DNA of 64,000 bases from Octopus vulgaris (Eukaryota). How positions within the stretch are numbered: the first letter of the stretch is position 1; each line of letters opens with the position of its first letter. The stretch spans positions 214,024,001 through 214,088,000 of the forward strand of contig OX597815.1 in NCBI GenBank assembly GCA_951406725.2, written 5' to 3'. The notes beneath the pieces are model-generated. The model made no database searches. It saw only the letters and a program-made list of their open reading frames with translations, and was not told the origin of the DNA. A program made the position numbers and the translations under genes. Shown here one piece after another: positions 1-11,978 of the stretch.

Positions 1-486
<486 letters not shown>

Positions 487-668
487 TAAATGATTGCATA
501 CTTAAAGTTGTCCCCTATGTTAAAAAGTAAAACTAAAATTATGAATATACAGTAAGTTGAACAAGGCATAGTAGTTAGAAACCGCAAGAACCGAGGCTGC
601 ACATCTTTTTGAGTCGTTAAAATAAGGAGCAGGCAATGTTTGGACAAAACAGTATTGGCTATATTCAC

Positions 669-878
669 GGCGGAAAGCTAGCAGGACCATTAGCATGCCA
701 GACAAAATGCTTACTGTCATATCGTCCAACTTTACTTTCTGAGTTCAATTTCCGCCGATGTCGACTTTGCATTTTATCCCCTCATAGTCGATAGAATAAG
801 TACCAGTTGAGTACCGGGGTTGATGTTATCAACTTCTCCCATCAAATGTTCAAGCCCTGTGCCTATAATAGAAAGGAA
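669..878 (+). mobile_element. tRNA-derived SINE family A, diverged copy
   Basis: ggcgg..gct.gcag head, gagttcaattt B-box, and gtcgactttgc..tcgata...aagtaccag core shared with many copies in the window. Confidence 0.8.
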
Positions 879-1601
879 TATTGGCTATACTTAATTATAC
901 CTCTTAAATACATCATGGCCTTGGGCTTATGTTAGAAACCACATTTAAAGAAAAAATGACTTTGAATAGGAGACAGCCCAGACATGCTTCATTTTTGTTG
1001 AAACTCATTAATTGAAGTGCCGACTCAGCGTTATTTAACGATCAAATGGGTAATTAAACATACAGATATGTATATTATTTGCAATTATTCTAAGACGGAA
1101 TAAATGATGTTAGTTATCAATTAACACCATTCTCCTTATATGGTATATGTGATTTTTAATTCGTAATTTTTGCTTCTTTTTAGGCGCCTAAGCATTTAAC
1201 ATGCTTTCATATGTTAATTATCATACAGATGGAACTTCAACGTAATTTAATTAATACATACAGACGCACATTTATTGGAGTACATAACTGTATGTGCATG
1301 CGTGTCGTGTGCGTATGTGTGAGTTTTTGTGCATGATTCGGCATGCATTTTTGTGTGTGTATATGTGAATATCTATAATTAACGAGATCAGTAAATACAT
1401 TTATCGTATCTAGGATTCGGTCGTCAATTTATCTTTCTCATAAACATATCTCAATTTCTTCTATGTAAATGTACATTCACCTCCTAAATTTTGCGTTTTT
1501 TAACATGTAAATTTCGCATTTTTAACTCTAAATTTCGAATTCTTTTTACGCACACATTTTTTATATTACACAAGCTTACAGCTTTTATTTATACTAAATG
1601 C

Positions 1602-1661
1602 AGGTACAACAAGGTGAAAATAGGTGCAACAAGGTGAAAATAGGTGCAACAAGGTGAAAAT
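1602..1661. repeat. 20-bp tandem repeat x3 (aggtgcaacaaggtgaaaat)
   Basis: Three units are visible, with one substitution. Confidence 0.9.
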
Positions 1662-1859
1662 ATGACGGGAACAGACTAACACGTTGAGGAAATGATTTCG
1701 AATCACAGGGAGAGTTAATAGTTCAGCTGATTAATATTTGCACTTTCCACAAACACACTTTCCATAAAGACGAGAATAAAACTACACGCGTGAAAGCAGT
1801 GTCAGTTAAAAAAGAAAAATCACCATCAAAACCACTTAAAAATTTCGTCTGAATAACGG

Positions 1860-2047
1860 TTTAAAATTTAGACACAAGGCCAGGAATTCCGAGGGAGGGA
1901 GTAAGTAAATGCTTGATTGGTGCTTATTTTATCGACCCCTAAAGGATAAAAGGCAAAGTCAACCTCGGCGGAATTTGAACTGAGAATGTAAAGTCGCACG
2001 AAATGCTGCTAAGCATTTTTTTGACAATTCTGCCCACTCGCCGCCTT
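1860..2047 (-). mobile_element. SINE family A
   Basis: Reverse-complement match (aggcaaagtcaacctcggcggaatttgaact...ctcgccgcc). Confidence 0.85.
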
Positions 2048-2221
2048 ATCTCCTCTAAATAATAAAAACAGATTATATGCTATCAACACATCTGCTGTGC
2101 GTATCACATCACATTACTCTTTCATATTGGATTACTACGAAACGTACTTATATTCTGAAGAGCATAATACGTAATATCCTCTAACAAGCACCATGCATGG
2201 CCCATATGTCTGAATGTACAC

Positions 2222-2534
2222 CAGTGGTTCTCACCCGGGGTCCACGTGACCCTTCGGAGTCTATATAAGGTTAAACTTTATGTGCAATAATTTGCTTATA
2301 CTTGTACTCTTAGTCTTTTACTCTTTTGCTTGTTTCAGTCATGCGACTGTGGCCATACTGGAGCACCGCCTTTAGTCGAAGAAATCGACGCCAGGACTTA
2401 TTCTTTGTAAGCCTAGTACTTATTCTATCGGCCTCTTTTGCCGAACTGCTAAGTTACGGGGACGTAAACACACCAGCATCGGTCGTCAAGCGATGTTGGG
2501 GGGACAAGCAAAAACACACAAACACATACACACT

Positions 2535-2568
<34 letters not shown>

Positions 2569-2571
2569 TAT

Positions 2572-2644
<73 letters not shown>

Positions 2645-2880
2645 CATATATACGACGGGCTTCTTTCAGTTTCCGTCTACCAAATCTACTCACAAGGCTT
2701 TGGTCGGCCCGAGGCTATAGTAGAAGACACTTGTCCAAGGTGCCACGCAGTGGGACTGAACCCGGAACCATGTAGTTGGTAAGCAAGCTACTTACCACAC
2801 AGCCACTCACAATATATTTTAACAATTTTTTCATACAATCCCTAACGATATTTAATTATAAAAATGTAACAGGATTACAA
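2222..2880 (+). mobile_element. hAT (Charlie-like) MITE end, interrupted by a SINE B
   Basis: cagtggttctca.ccgggg terminus. Homologous in reverse complement to 10695-10850 on both sides of the SINE insertion. Confidence 0.5.
2316..2808 (-). mobile_element. tRNA-derived SINE family B (CORE-like) with internal CA/TA microsatellite
   Basis: Minus strand reads gagtggctgtgtggtaag...ggttccgggttcagtccc (A/B boxes), then ccttggacaagtg, and ends with the ggcggtgctccag.atggcc tail. Near-identical to 3406-3810. Confidence 0.9.
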
Positions 2881-2986
2881 GAAGGTCTACTATCCACCTG
2901 CTCTTTTTGATTATCATAATCCAAACGAGAAAAGACAGAGCAAATCGGTTACCGTACATCCAAGCATACAAGTCAACTTTTATATG

Positions 2987-3203
2987 CGAGGGTGGGGGTC
3001 TGAAAAGTTCCTGGCTTTGAGGTGTCGCGAAAGGCCTGGTTGGAGGAAAAGCTTCCGAATTCTTTCACTGGGCTTAGAAAACTGAACGACTGCTGCAATA
3101 AGTGTGTGAATCTGAGAGGGGAATATGTTGAATAAAATCATGATTAAATAATCGTCATGTATTTCCTTTTACTAAAAGCCAGGAACTTTTCAGCACATCC
3201 TCG
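2987..3203 (+). mobile_element. mariner-derived MITE (about 220 bp)
   Basis: TIRs cgaggg..ctgaaaagttcctggcttt / aaagccaggaacttttcagcac..ctcg followed by TA. The interior encodes the transposase C-terminus KCVNLRGEYVE*. Sister copies at 44134 and 63391. Confidence 0.85.
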
Positions 3204-3283
3204 TATAGTGTAAACATGTAGTGTAACATTCAAACATCGTCACTAACTTTCCAGATGCTACTCTATTTCACTTTAATCCTCCA

Positions 3284-3378
3284 AATTTCTCTTAATGTAT
3301 AGGACGACCACCTCCCCCTTTTGGCTGTAAATTTCTCTTAATGTATAAGACGACCTCCCCCTTTTGGCTGTAAATTTT
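3284..3378. repeat. About 45-bp tandem duplication
   Basis: aaatttctcttaatgtata.gacgacc...ccccttttggctgt occurs twice. Confidence 0.85.
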
Positions 3379-3405
3379 TGTGGGAAAATTTCGACTTGTA
3401 TAATG

Positions 3406-3810
3406 TTTTACTCTTTTACTTGTTTCAGTCATTTGACTGTGGCCATGCTGGAGCGCCGCCTTTAGTCGAAGAAATCGACGCCAGGACTTATTCTTTGTAA
3501 GCCTAGTACTTATTCTATCGGTCTCTTTTGCCGAACCACTAGTTTACGGGGACGTAAACACACCAGCATCGGTTGTCAAGTAATGTTGGGGGAAAACACA
3601 CACAAACACACGCACACACACGCACACACACACACACACACATATATATACGATGGGCTTCTTTCAGTTTCCATCTACCAAATCCACTCACAAAGCTTTG
3701 GTCGGCCCGAGGCTATAGTAGAAGACACTTGCCCATGGTGTCACGCAGTGGGACTGAACCCAGATCCATGTGGGTGGTAAGCAAGCTGCTTACCACACAG
3801 CCACTCCTGC
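3406..3810 (-). mobile_element. SINE family B
   Basis: Full-length match to 2316-2808 with a shorter internal microsatellite. Confidence 0.9.
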
Positions 3811-4509
3811 ACGTATGTATGCCGAAGAATACACAATATCTATTGCAATAAAATTTCCACAGCTATTGTCAAACTTTTTTTTAAAATTATTGCTCTTCGT
3901 CTTTTTACTAAAGCCTTTTCATCGCCTTTCATTCCCCGTTTTTAATGTAAATATGCGTAATATCAGGCCAGGGTAATTTAGTTCCAGGTACTAGTCTCAC
4001 TTGGGGGACAACTAGCCAAAGCGCTACCGAACTATAAACGAATGACACAAAATGTGGACCGCGGGACTTTCTGAATGGTACACCAATGAAAAGCTACTTT
4101 GAACTTTTTAATAATGTGCCCTCCCCGTTGATGAGCATATGGCTTCAGCCAACCTCAATATGTATTCTAATGCATTCATTTTCATTCTATAGCAAGAAAA
4201 AATCGTTAGTATAGTCTTCATTCTCAATATCCTATTGAAGTTTGTTTTTGCTATAGCTTTCTTTAAAGATATTACAATCACTAACTTTACAGGGAAACAG
4301 ACTTACATATCTCTAATCTGTAATGAAAATGTAGCTAGTTAATGAATCATAATCTCTTCCCAGCAGTTGTGCTGTTGCTACAGGTCCATAAGCTTTTGAT
4401 AATCCTAACGCATTTACTAAGTTAATTGATTAGAATATATAAATCTGTTTCTGTAATAATTTTAAATACTTGAGAATTTGTAAAGGAAAATAAGAGAAAA
4501 TCGGCAAAA

Positions 4510-4644
4510 AAATTGCAAACAACAAGAGAAACAATTACAGCAGCAGCAACAACAGCAGTAGCAGCAGCAAAAAAACAACAACACCAACAACAGCGATAAC
4601 AATAACAACAAAAGCAACAACAGCAGCAACAAGAACAGCAACAA
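4510..4644. repeat. CAA/CAG-rich low-complexity tract at the 5' flank of the R4/Dong element
   Basis: Seen directly. Confidence 0.85.
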
Positions 4645-7600
4645 GGTGAGTGGCGGGAATGACTTAACGAGTACGCAATCTTGGGCGTGGTAGCGATATC
4701 AGCAGAGTACATCTCGCTCTCTCAAAATGACAATCCGGCAGCCTGACACAAATGAAACAGTTAGTGAAAATGAATGGGAGGAGAGCACAACTTGCAATTC
4801 TAGCCAAACCTCATGTCCGATCGGTCAAATCCTGGGACAAGAACCGCATTACCAGACCGAGATCGAAGAGTCTGCAGCTGGAACAAACTCTCTAAAGAAC
4901 GACCTACTAGGTAACCGGAACCAGGATAACCCTAACCCTAGACCTGTAATGATGCCACCAAAAACATCACCAGTTGCAAAACGCTTAAAATGGACTAGAG
5001 AGGATTATAGAGATGTGTTGAAAGCTTTCTATGCAGCCCTACTAAACCCAAACAATAACCTCATAGTACAAACTTACCTTTTATGGAGAAACTTAGTAGG
5101 CAATGAAGTACGCAGATATATAGATGCAAATAAACTGAGTAATGTACGTAGAAACATCATTAAGAATAAAAAGTTAACTGACACTGAAATTAGCCAAATT
5201 AGGACACAAATATCTGATGCTAGACAAAATGAAAACAACAACAATGCAGATGAAATAGGTAACAGATGCACAGAACCCAGTGTACGACCGGTACATCCCA
5301 ACGAGGAAGCTGAAGAAAGAATAGCGAGGATCAGTTATGCGGTAAAAGAGGAGAAAGTAGACCAACCTCAAGAACACTAGAATAGATATGACACAGAATT
5401 TGAGGTGAATAATAAAGAGTGGCCTAGTGGTTAGGGCAGCGGACTCGCGGTCGCAGGATCGCGGTTTCGATTCTCAGACCGGGCGTTGTGTGTGTTTATT
5501 GAGCGAAAACACCTAAAAGCTCTACGAGGCTCCGGCAGGGGGTGGTGATCCCTGCTGTACTCTTTCACCACAATGGCGGTGCCCCAGCATGGCCACAGCT
5601 CAAGAGCTGAAACTGGAAAAACAAAAACAAACAAAACAAACAAACAAAAACAAGATCATAGAAGTAGAAGGAGATATTATCAGAGAACTCAGCAAGACTG
5701 AGGCTAGTGACATCATCAATAAAGAACCACTGGCAAAGTTCTCAAACAGCATTAAAACAATATAATCATGATATATACTGTTGCTCTTAGACAGATCTTA
5801 AGTAATAAGGGAAATAACTTAACAACCTTAAATAACCTCATCTGTTCTACTGCAAAAGTTATAACTGCTCAACTAGTTGCCAGGACGACACAGAAAAGGA
5901 GCAACCATGTCAACAGACCTCCTAAGTGGAAAGTAGCCAAAGAAAAACAGATCGAATCTCTGCAGACGGATGTAACAGTTCTCGATGAACTTGCTAGAGG
6001 AGTAAATGTTAAGAAACGATCTAGAAAAATCAAGCAAAAATATAAAATCAAAGATTTTATAAACATCCCTGCAACCAAGGAACAACTGAAATAACGAATA
6101 CAACCGAAATTCCACCGACTTAGAAGGTAGGACAAAAGAATCAAATTTTATCGACAAAACAAGATATTCAAGACGGATACAAAGAAATTTTATAGGGAAA
6201 TTAACAAAAGTAAGAGAGAATTAAAGGAGCCACCCAAGACTGAGAAAATGGAAAAGTTCTGGAAGAAGATTTGGGTAACAAAAAAGAATGTAATGATAAA
6301 GGAGACTGGATAAAGTTGAGGAGCAGAAATAGGAGGCAATAGTAATAGAGGAGCAAAGGTGTGTTCTTAGGAAGTCTCGCGAATGGAAAACCCCAGGACT
6401 GGACCGAATTCCTAACTTCTGGCTAAATTGTCTGACAGAAGTACATCAAAATTTTGCTGCATCTCTGATTGATGTCATCCAGAACTCAAAGCAAATACTT
6501 ACCTGGCTGACCGAAGGAACAACATACCCTCTACCAAAAACTGAAGACACAAAAATATCCAAAGAACTACCGACAAATAACATGTCTCAACACCACCTAC
6601 AAGATCCTCACATCCATATTAACTGACAGAATATACACTTTCCGTGAAGAGAGATCTATCCTTCCACAATCACAAAAAAGCTGTAAAATGAATTCTTATA
6701 GGTGCAAAGATCAATTATTCATAAGTAAAATGATTGTAGAGAATTGCCGGAGCAAAATGAAGAACCTGAGTATGGCATGGATAGACTACAGGAAAGCGTT
6801 TGATAGTGTCCCACATAATTGGATACTCAAGGCCATTGAGATATATAAGATCTCTCCTGTCACCTCCAAATTCTTACAAGGTAGCATGGCCAGGTGGAAC
6901 ATACGTCTCCCTCTAAACCATAGTAACGGGATGAGACAAATTAACAACATCAACATCAAACGTGGTATCTTTCAAGGTGACTTACTCTCCCCATTACTCT
7001 TTTACTTGACACTGATCCCATTCTCACCAGGTAAGCACCAGGTATGGGTTCAAAGTTTACAATATGACAATAAACTATCTGTTTTATATGGACGATCTGA
7101 AGATGTTTGCTAGAAATGACGAAGAGCTAGTAAGGCTGCTAACAACTGTTAAAAAGTCCAGTAATGACATCAGGGGGACTTTGGCCTTGATGAGAGCGCG
7201 AAACCAACTTTTGTAAGAGTCTATCTCTGGCCAACAGCTTCCATTAAATTAGATACCGACACTACCATCAAAAAGCTTGACCCATATGAAAATTACAAAT
7301 CCCTGGGGATAAACGAAGGAGATGTTATACAACATGCTAACATGAAGGAAAAAGTAAGAAAGGAATATTACAGGAGAAAAAGACTCATACTGAAAACTGA
7401 ACTCAACTCCAAAAATCACATGAAAGCCATTAACATCTTGTCACTTTCAGTAGTCCAATATAATTTTAACATCATTAACTGGAATCTTACAGAGCTCCAA
7501 AGCCTGGACAGGATGACAAGAAAACTACTAACATCTAAGAACATGCACCACCTAAAAGCAGATGTTGATCGTCTGTAGCTACCTAGAAGTAATGGAAGAG

Positions 7601-8482
7601 GAATAATGCAGATAGAACTATGTTATAACATCTCCACAATAGCAAATGAACAGCTGGACGCTGCGACTTGTGTGCAAACACGAAAGCAGCAAAATTCTAT
7701 TGTCAAATAAGCTAGCATGTTCGCAAAGGAACTTGGCATTAATCCTGGAATATTTGAAGAATCTGAAACGAGTGTCACAAAACAAGCAAAATGGAACAAG
7801 TAGACTGCAAAAAATAACGGGCAGAAACAAATTGAGAAGAGGTGGGGCCAGAAGTCTCTGCATGGACAGTATATACTTCGAAGTCGAAATGCTGATGAAG
7901 ATCAAGCAACAACCCAGCAGTGGCTGAGAAGTTCAAGACTGAAAGCAGAGACTAAAGGTTTCATATTGGCAGCAAAAGATCAAAGCTTACTCACAGCAGG
8001 CCAACGTTCTTCAAAACGGTTCTGACCCTAAATGCAGATTATGCGACACATTTGACGAAAGAATAGATCATCTCGTCTCGGGATGTCCTGTGCTGATACC
8101 AAAGGAATACAAAAAATCGCCACGATAGGGTAGGACAGTATTTACATTGGAAAAAATATGTAAAGCACTACAAAATCAGCACACCTGTTTACTGGTATGA
8201 ACATCATACTGAGCCAGTTGCTGAAGGTAAAAATGTCGCTATCCTTTGGGATTTCCCCGTCAACACTGACAGACAGATCCAGGCTAATTGACCAGACACA
8301 ATTATTAATGATTGGGAAGAAAATACTTGTATACTGATAGATGTAATTGTTCTCACTGATAAAAATATATGTCAAGGAATTTGGCAAACTAAGTGAATAT
8401 AAGGACCTGGAAATTGAAATACAAAACATGTGGCATCTTAAAATGAGAACTGTTCCTATTATTGTAGGTGCTCTAGGTATGA
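4645..8482 (+). mobile_element. R4/Dong-clade non-LTR retrotransposon (RT plus CCHC plus restriction-like endonuclease), degenerate, 3' end missing
   Basis: N-terminus KRLKWTREDY...IDANKLSNVRRNIIKNK (ORF 4727). RT motifs AWIDYRKAFDSVPH, RGIFQGDLLSPLLF and FYMDDLK (about 7083). Zinc knuckle CRLCDTFDERIDHLVSGC (about 8032), RHDRVG, ILWDFPVNTDRQIQAN*PD, and KLSEYKDLEIEI..W..TVPIIVGALG. Many stops and frameshifts. The 5' boundary is approximate. Confidence 0.88.
5420..5650 (+). mobile_element. Chimeric SINE (family C head/body plus family B-type tail) inserted in the R4/Dong ORF
   Basis: gtggcctagtggttagggcagcggactcgcggtc...ctgtactctttcaccaca matches the 45413-45791 element. It continues as ggcggtgccccagcatggccacag...tgaaac, the family B 3' tail, then an A-rich end. 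Confidence 0.8.
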
Positions 8483-8483
8483 G

Positions 8484-9566
8484 AGGTATGGACAAAAACT
8501 GAATTAGCTATGCTAGACAGAAGAACAATATGAATGTAGGACTCCACCCAAGGGCAGGAGTAGTAAGACTATACTTGCCCAGAAAGGAAGGCGGAAGAGG
8601 ATTAATATCAGAAGACTGCGTGGAGTTAGCTAGAGTAGATGTAGTCTCTTATGTAGGTAATAGTGAAAAAAGTTTATTAAACGCTGCTAGAGTCATAGCA
8701 AGACATAGAGAAACCAAAAACCCAAACGAAGTTAAAAACCAGAAAAAAGAACAGAAATTATCTGACAGGCAGAAGAAGGCGCTGCATGATAGATTCCCAA
8801 AGATATTTGCAGCAAACAGTAGTAAGACATGGTTATGGTTGCAGAAAGGAAGGCTGAAAAGGGAGACAGAAAGTTTGTGAGAAGGGGCACAAGATCAAGT
8901 ATTAAGGACTAACTGGATAAAAGCAAAGACAGACGAAGACTAAGTAGATTCCCAATGTAGGTTATGCAAATCAAAAGAGGAAAGTATTATTCCTAGAGTA
9001 AGTGAATGTAGCATGCTGGCACAGTAAGAATTCAGGAAAAGACCTGACAACTTAGGGAGGTTAATACATTGGGAGTTATGTAGAAAGCTAGGATTTGAAC
9101 ATACTAGTAACTGGTATGACCATGAACCTTGTAAGTTATTAGAAAGTAAGACTGACAGAGTAATAAAAGCTAGAAGGCCTAATTTAGTAGTAGTAGATAA
9201 AGAGGATAGAAGGTGCCAGATAACTGACTTCACAGTTCCAAATGATGAAAAAAAATCGATATGAGAGGTATAGAGAAAATAAAAAAGTATTAGGACCTAT
9301 CCATTGAGTTACAGAGTCTATGGAAAGTGTAGTTAAAATGTATCCCAGTAGTTATAGGTGCATTAGGAACTATCCCTAAAGATTTGAACAGATGGATAGA
9401 GGAAATACGCATGAAACCCAGATTAGTACAGCTCCAAAAAACTGTTATTAGGAATAGCTAGGATACTTAGCAGGTTTCTTGGTATCTAAGATTACTTGTT
9501 GTTGCCCGATGTTAGGATTTCTTCTTTTCGAGCAGTCTAATCTGTTGTGTGTATATGAAAATAATG

Positions 9567-9623
<57 letters not shown>
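8484..9623 (+). mobile_element. Second, 5'-truncated R4/Dong element (thumb, zinc knuckle, RLE, 3' UTR, (TAA)n)
   Basis: WTKTELAMLDRRT, LHPRAGVVRLYLPRKEGGRGL, CRLCKSKEESI, IHWELC, RRPNLVVVDK, IPVVIGALGTIPK, LQKTV. Stop near 9488, then a (TAA)n run 9560-9623, the typical Dong tail/target. Confidence 0.85.
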
Positions 9624-9625
<2 letters not shown>

Positions 9626-9787
9626 TATTGTTGTTGTTTCTCACCATCACCATAATGATTATTTGAAAATCTGTTTCCTTTTTATTATTCAGTTACTGAG
9701 TAAACATATTTACAATCAACTCTGTATTTGCTTGAGAAAAGACTTAAGAGAAACAGTATGTGTGTGTGTGTGTGTGATGCATATGCT

Positions 9788-9826
<39 letters not shown>

Positions 9827-10511
9827 TACATATGCTTGTATGTGAGTGTGCTTAAGGAGAGCGGAGAAAGATTGTAAAAGTGAAAAAATAGAGAGAAAGA
9901 GAACATTTTAGGAATTAATGCTGACTTAATACATAATCCTCCTTCCAAGTAATTTGCTCAGAATGTAAAGGAAATTTTAAATTAAATTCTGTAATTATAT
10001 CTAGATCACACACATTTTTAACAGCTGTAAGTGAAACAATCTCCACTTCCATTTTGCTGCTAATGTTACCATATCTTATTTTTAAGTTGAACTTGTCTGA
10101 AACAGGAACCCCGAAGCTGCACAGATTTTGCAGAACATAAAATTGATTTTATAAAGAGTAAACATGGAGATTGTAAAAATATTAAGTATACCATCGCCAT
10201 GTTTCCTTTTATTCATTAGTGTATCATACGAGCTTTCCAAGAGATGATTATATTCTGGATGTATGGAGGCCAACTGACATCTGTCTGTTTGCTCCTTCCA
10301 ACACCACGAACGAATCTAAGTTTATCGTTTTCAGGATTTAAAATAGATTTAAAATGTTTCTGGTGCTTATTCGAGTAAGATATTCTTCACTGTAGCCACC
10401 TTATTTGCTATGAAACTATGACAACTGTACCATTCGGCCAAATGTAGGATACTCTAAGCCACAGATTCTCAACCATTAGCCTATAATCCTTTTGACTCCT
10501 ATTTTGCTCTA

Positions 10512-10653
10512 ACCTCGTGCCCGAGCGGTCAAATCCTGGGACAAGGACCGCATTACCTGACTGAGGTCGAAAAGTCTGCAGCTGGAACAAACTCTCTAAA
10601 GAACGACCAACAAGATTACCAGATCCAGGATAACCCTAGCCCTAGATTTTGCT
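10512..10653 (+). mobile_element. Inserted copy of the 5' segment of the R4/Dong element, flanked by a 15-bp direct repeat
   Basis: Homologous to 4807-4942. Flanked by tcctattttgctcta at 10497-10511 and 10654-10668. Confidence 0.8.
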
Positions 10654-10694
10654 TCCTATTTTGCTCTACTGCCTCCCCCCCCCACACACACACG

Positions 10695-10850
10695 TTAAAA
10701 ATATTCTACTGCATTCTTATGATTAAATGTTATTGGGAATTGTATAAACAAAAATTGTTAATGCATTTTGTGTATTGTTGAAATATAACCAAGTTATTGC
10801 ACACAAAGTTTAGCAACAAAATCTTATATGAACCCCGGTTGAAAACTACT
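10695..10850 (-). mobile_element. hAT (Charlie-like) MITE end
   Basis: Reverse complement begins agtagttttcaaccgggg and aligns with 2222-2310 plus 2809-2870. Confidence 0.5.
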
Positions 10851-11529
10851 TTAGAGTCTACCTACACACTTCATGAACGGCGCCTACCCTTTAATACTCT
10901 TTAATAACCAAAAATTTGAACGAAACTTGTTTTCATTGAATGTGCTGAAATTTATCCATTGAACAGGTAACCTACGTACAAAGATATAACTTACAAGACC
11001 GTTTAAAGAGATTATCAGACTGACAGCAGCATGAGCATTGATATGTTCTTATTCGAATGTGAACTTGAACAGTAATATATTCAAGACCTTCTCAAAGGTA
11101 TTAAGTTCTATTGAAACGATTATCAAAGAGAGCGAACAATGGAAATATCGAATCAGTCTTGTATGCTTTTGGACAAGAAAGTATGAAATAATAACGTTCT
11201 TCGCACGAAGTAACAAAAAGCCGCCCTAGAAGAGATTGATTTACTAAATTTCAAAGATTCTACTTGACAGGATAACAAAGTAACATTGAATAGCTGGGAG
11301 TGAGACGGCATTGATCGTACGCTGACCCACCGATCCAGCTGTGTGAGGACAGAAAAGAAAATCACTTAATTTTGAGACGCCTCGTTAACAGTCGAAAATG
11401 GTGAAAAAAACTTAGTTTTTATATTATTACAAGAATAGTAGTTTAGTTGCTAAGATATTACCACAAGTATTTGGAGTATTTAGTGCGTTTTTATTTACCT
11501 TTTTGTTTGGTAATACAGGTTAGTTAGTT

Positions 11530-11978
11530 GGTCTCAAATTTTGTCAGCGATTTCAGGGCAGGGTGTGAGTCGATTACATCGATCCCAGTGCTCAACAGGT
11601 ACTTATGTTATCAACCCCAAAGGGATGAAGGGCAAGGGCGACCACGGCGGAATTTGAACTCAGAACGGACGAAATACCTATTTCTTTACTACATACAAGG
11701 GGCTAAACACAGAGAGGACAAACAAGGACAGACAAACGGATTAAGTCGATAATATCGACCCCAGTGCGTAACTGGTACTTATTTAATCGACCCCGAACGG
11801 ATGAAAGGCAAAGTTGACCACGGCGGAATTTGAACTCGGAACGTAGTGGCAGACGAAATACGGCTAAGCATTTCGCCCGACGTGCTAACGTTTCTGCCAG
11901 CTCGCTGCCTTCCAAACGGACGAAATACTGTTAAGCATTTTGCTCGGCGCTCTTACGATTCTACCTGCTCACCGCCTT
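11530..11978 (-). mobile_element. Old SINE A containing a nested young SINE A (about 11678-11913)
   Basis: Old head at 11915-11978 and old body at 11530-11677 are split by a complete young copy. aacggacgaaatac is duplicated on both sides. Confidence 0.8.

Noticed and set aside
1602-1661. Short direct repeats as a CRISPR-like array
   Set aside because: The units are contiguous with no spacers, the context is eukaryotic and there are no cas genes.
4645-4900. HDV-like ribozyme at the 5' end of the R4/Dong element
   Set aside because: Known in some R2/R4 elements, but I could not build the nested double pseudoknot by eye. It needs a descriptor-based search.
4727-5380. 217-aa ORF as a host gene
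   Set aside because: It is the N-terminal part of the R4/Dong ORF, continuous with RT and RLE remnants downstream.
7890-7900. CTGATGA hits at about 7892, 20663, 39223 and 48807 as hammerheads
   Set aside because: None has a stem II, GAAA and UH with a closing stem I. The first lies within LINE coding sequence.
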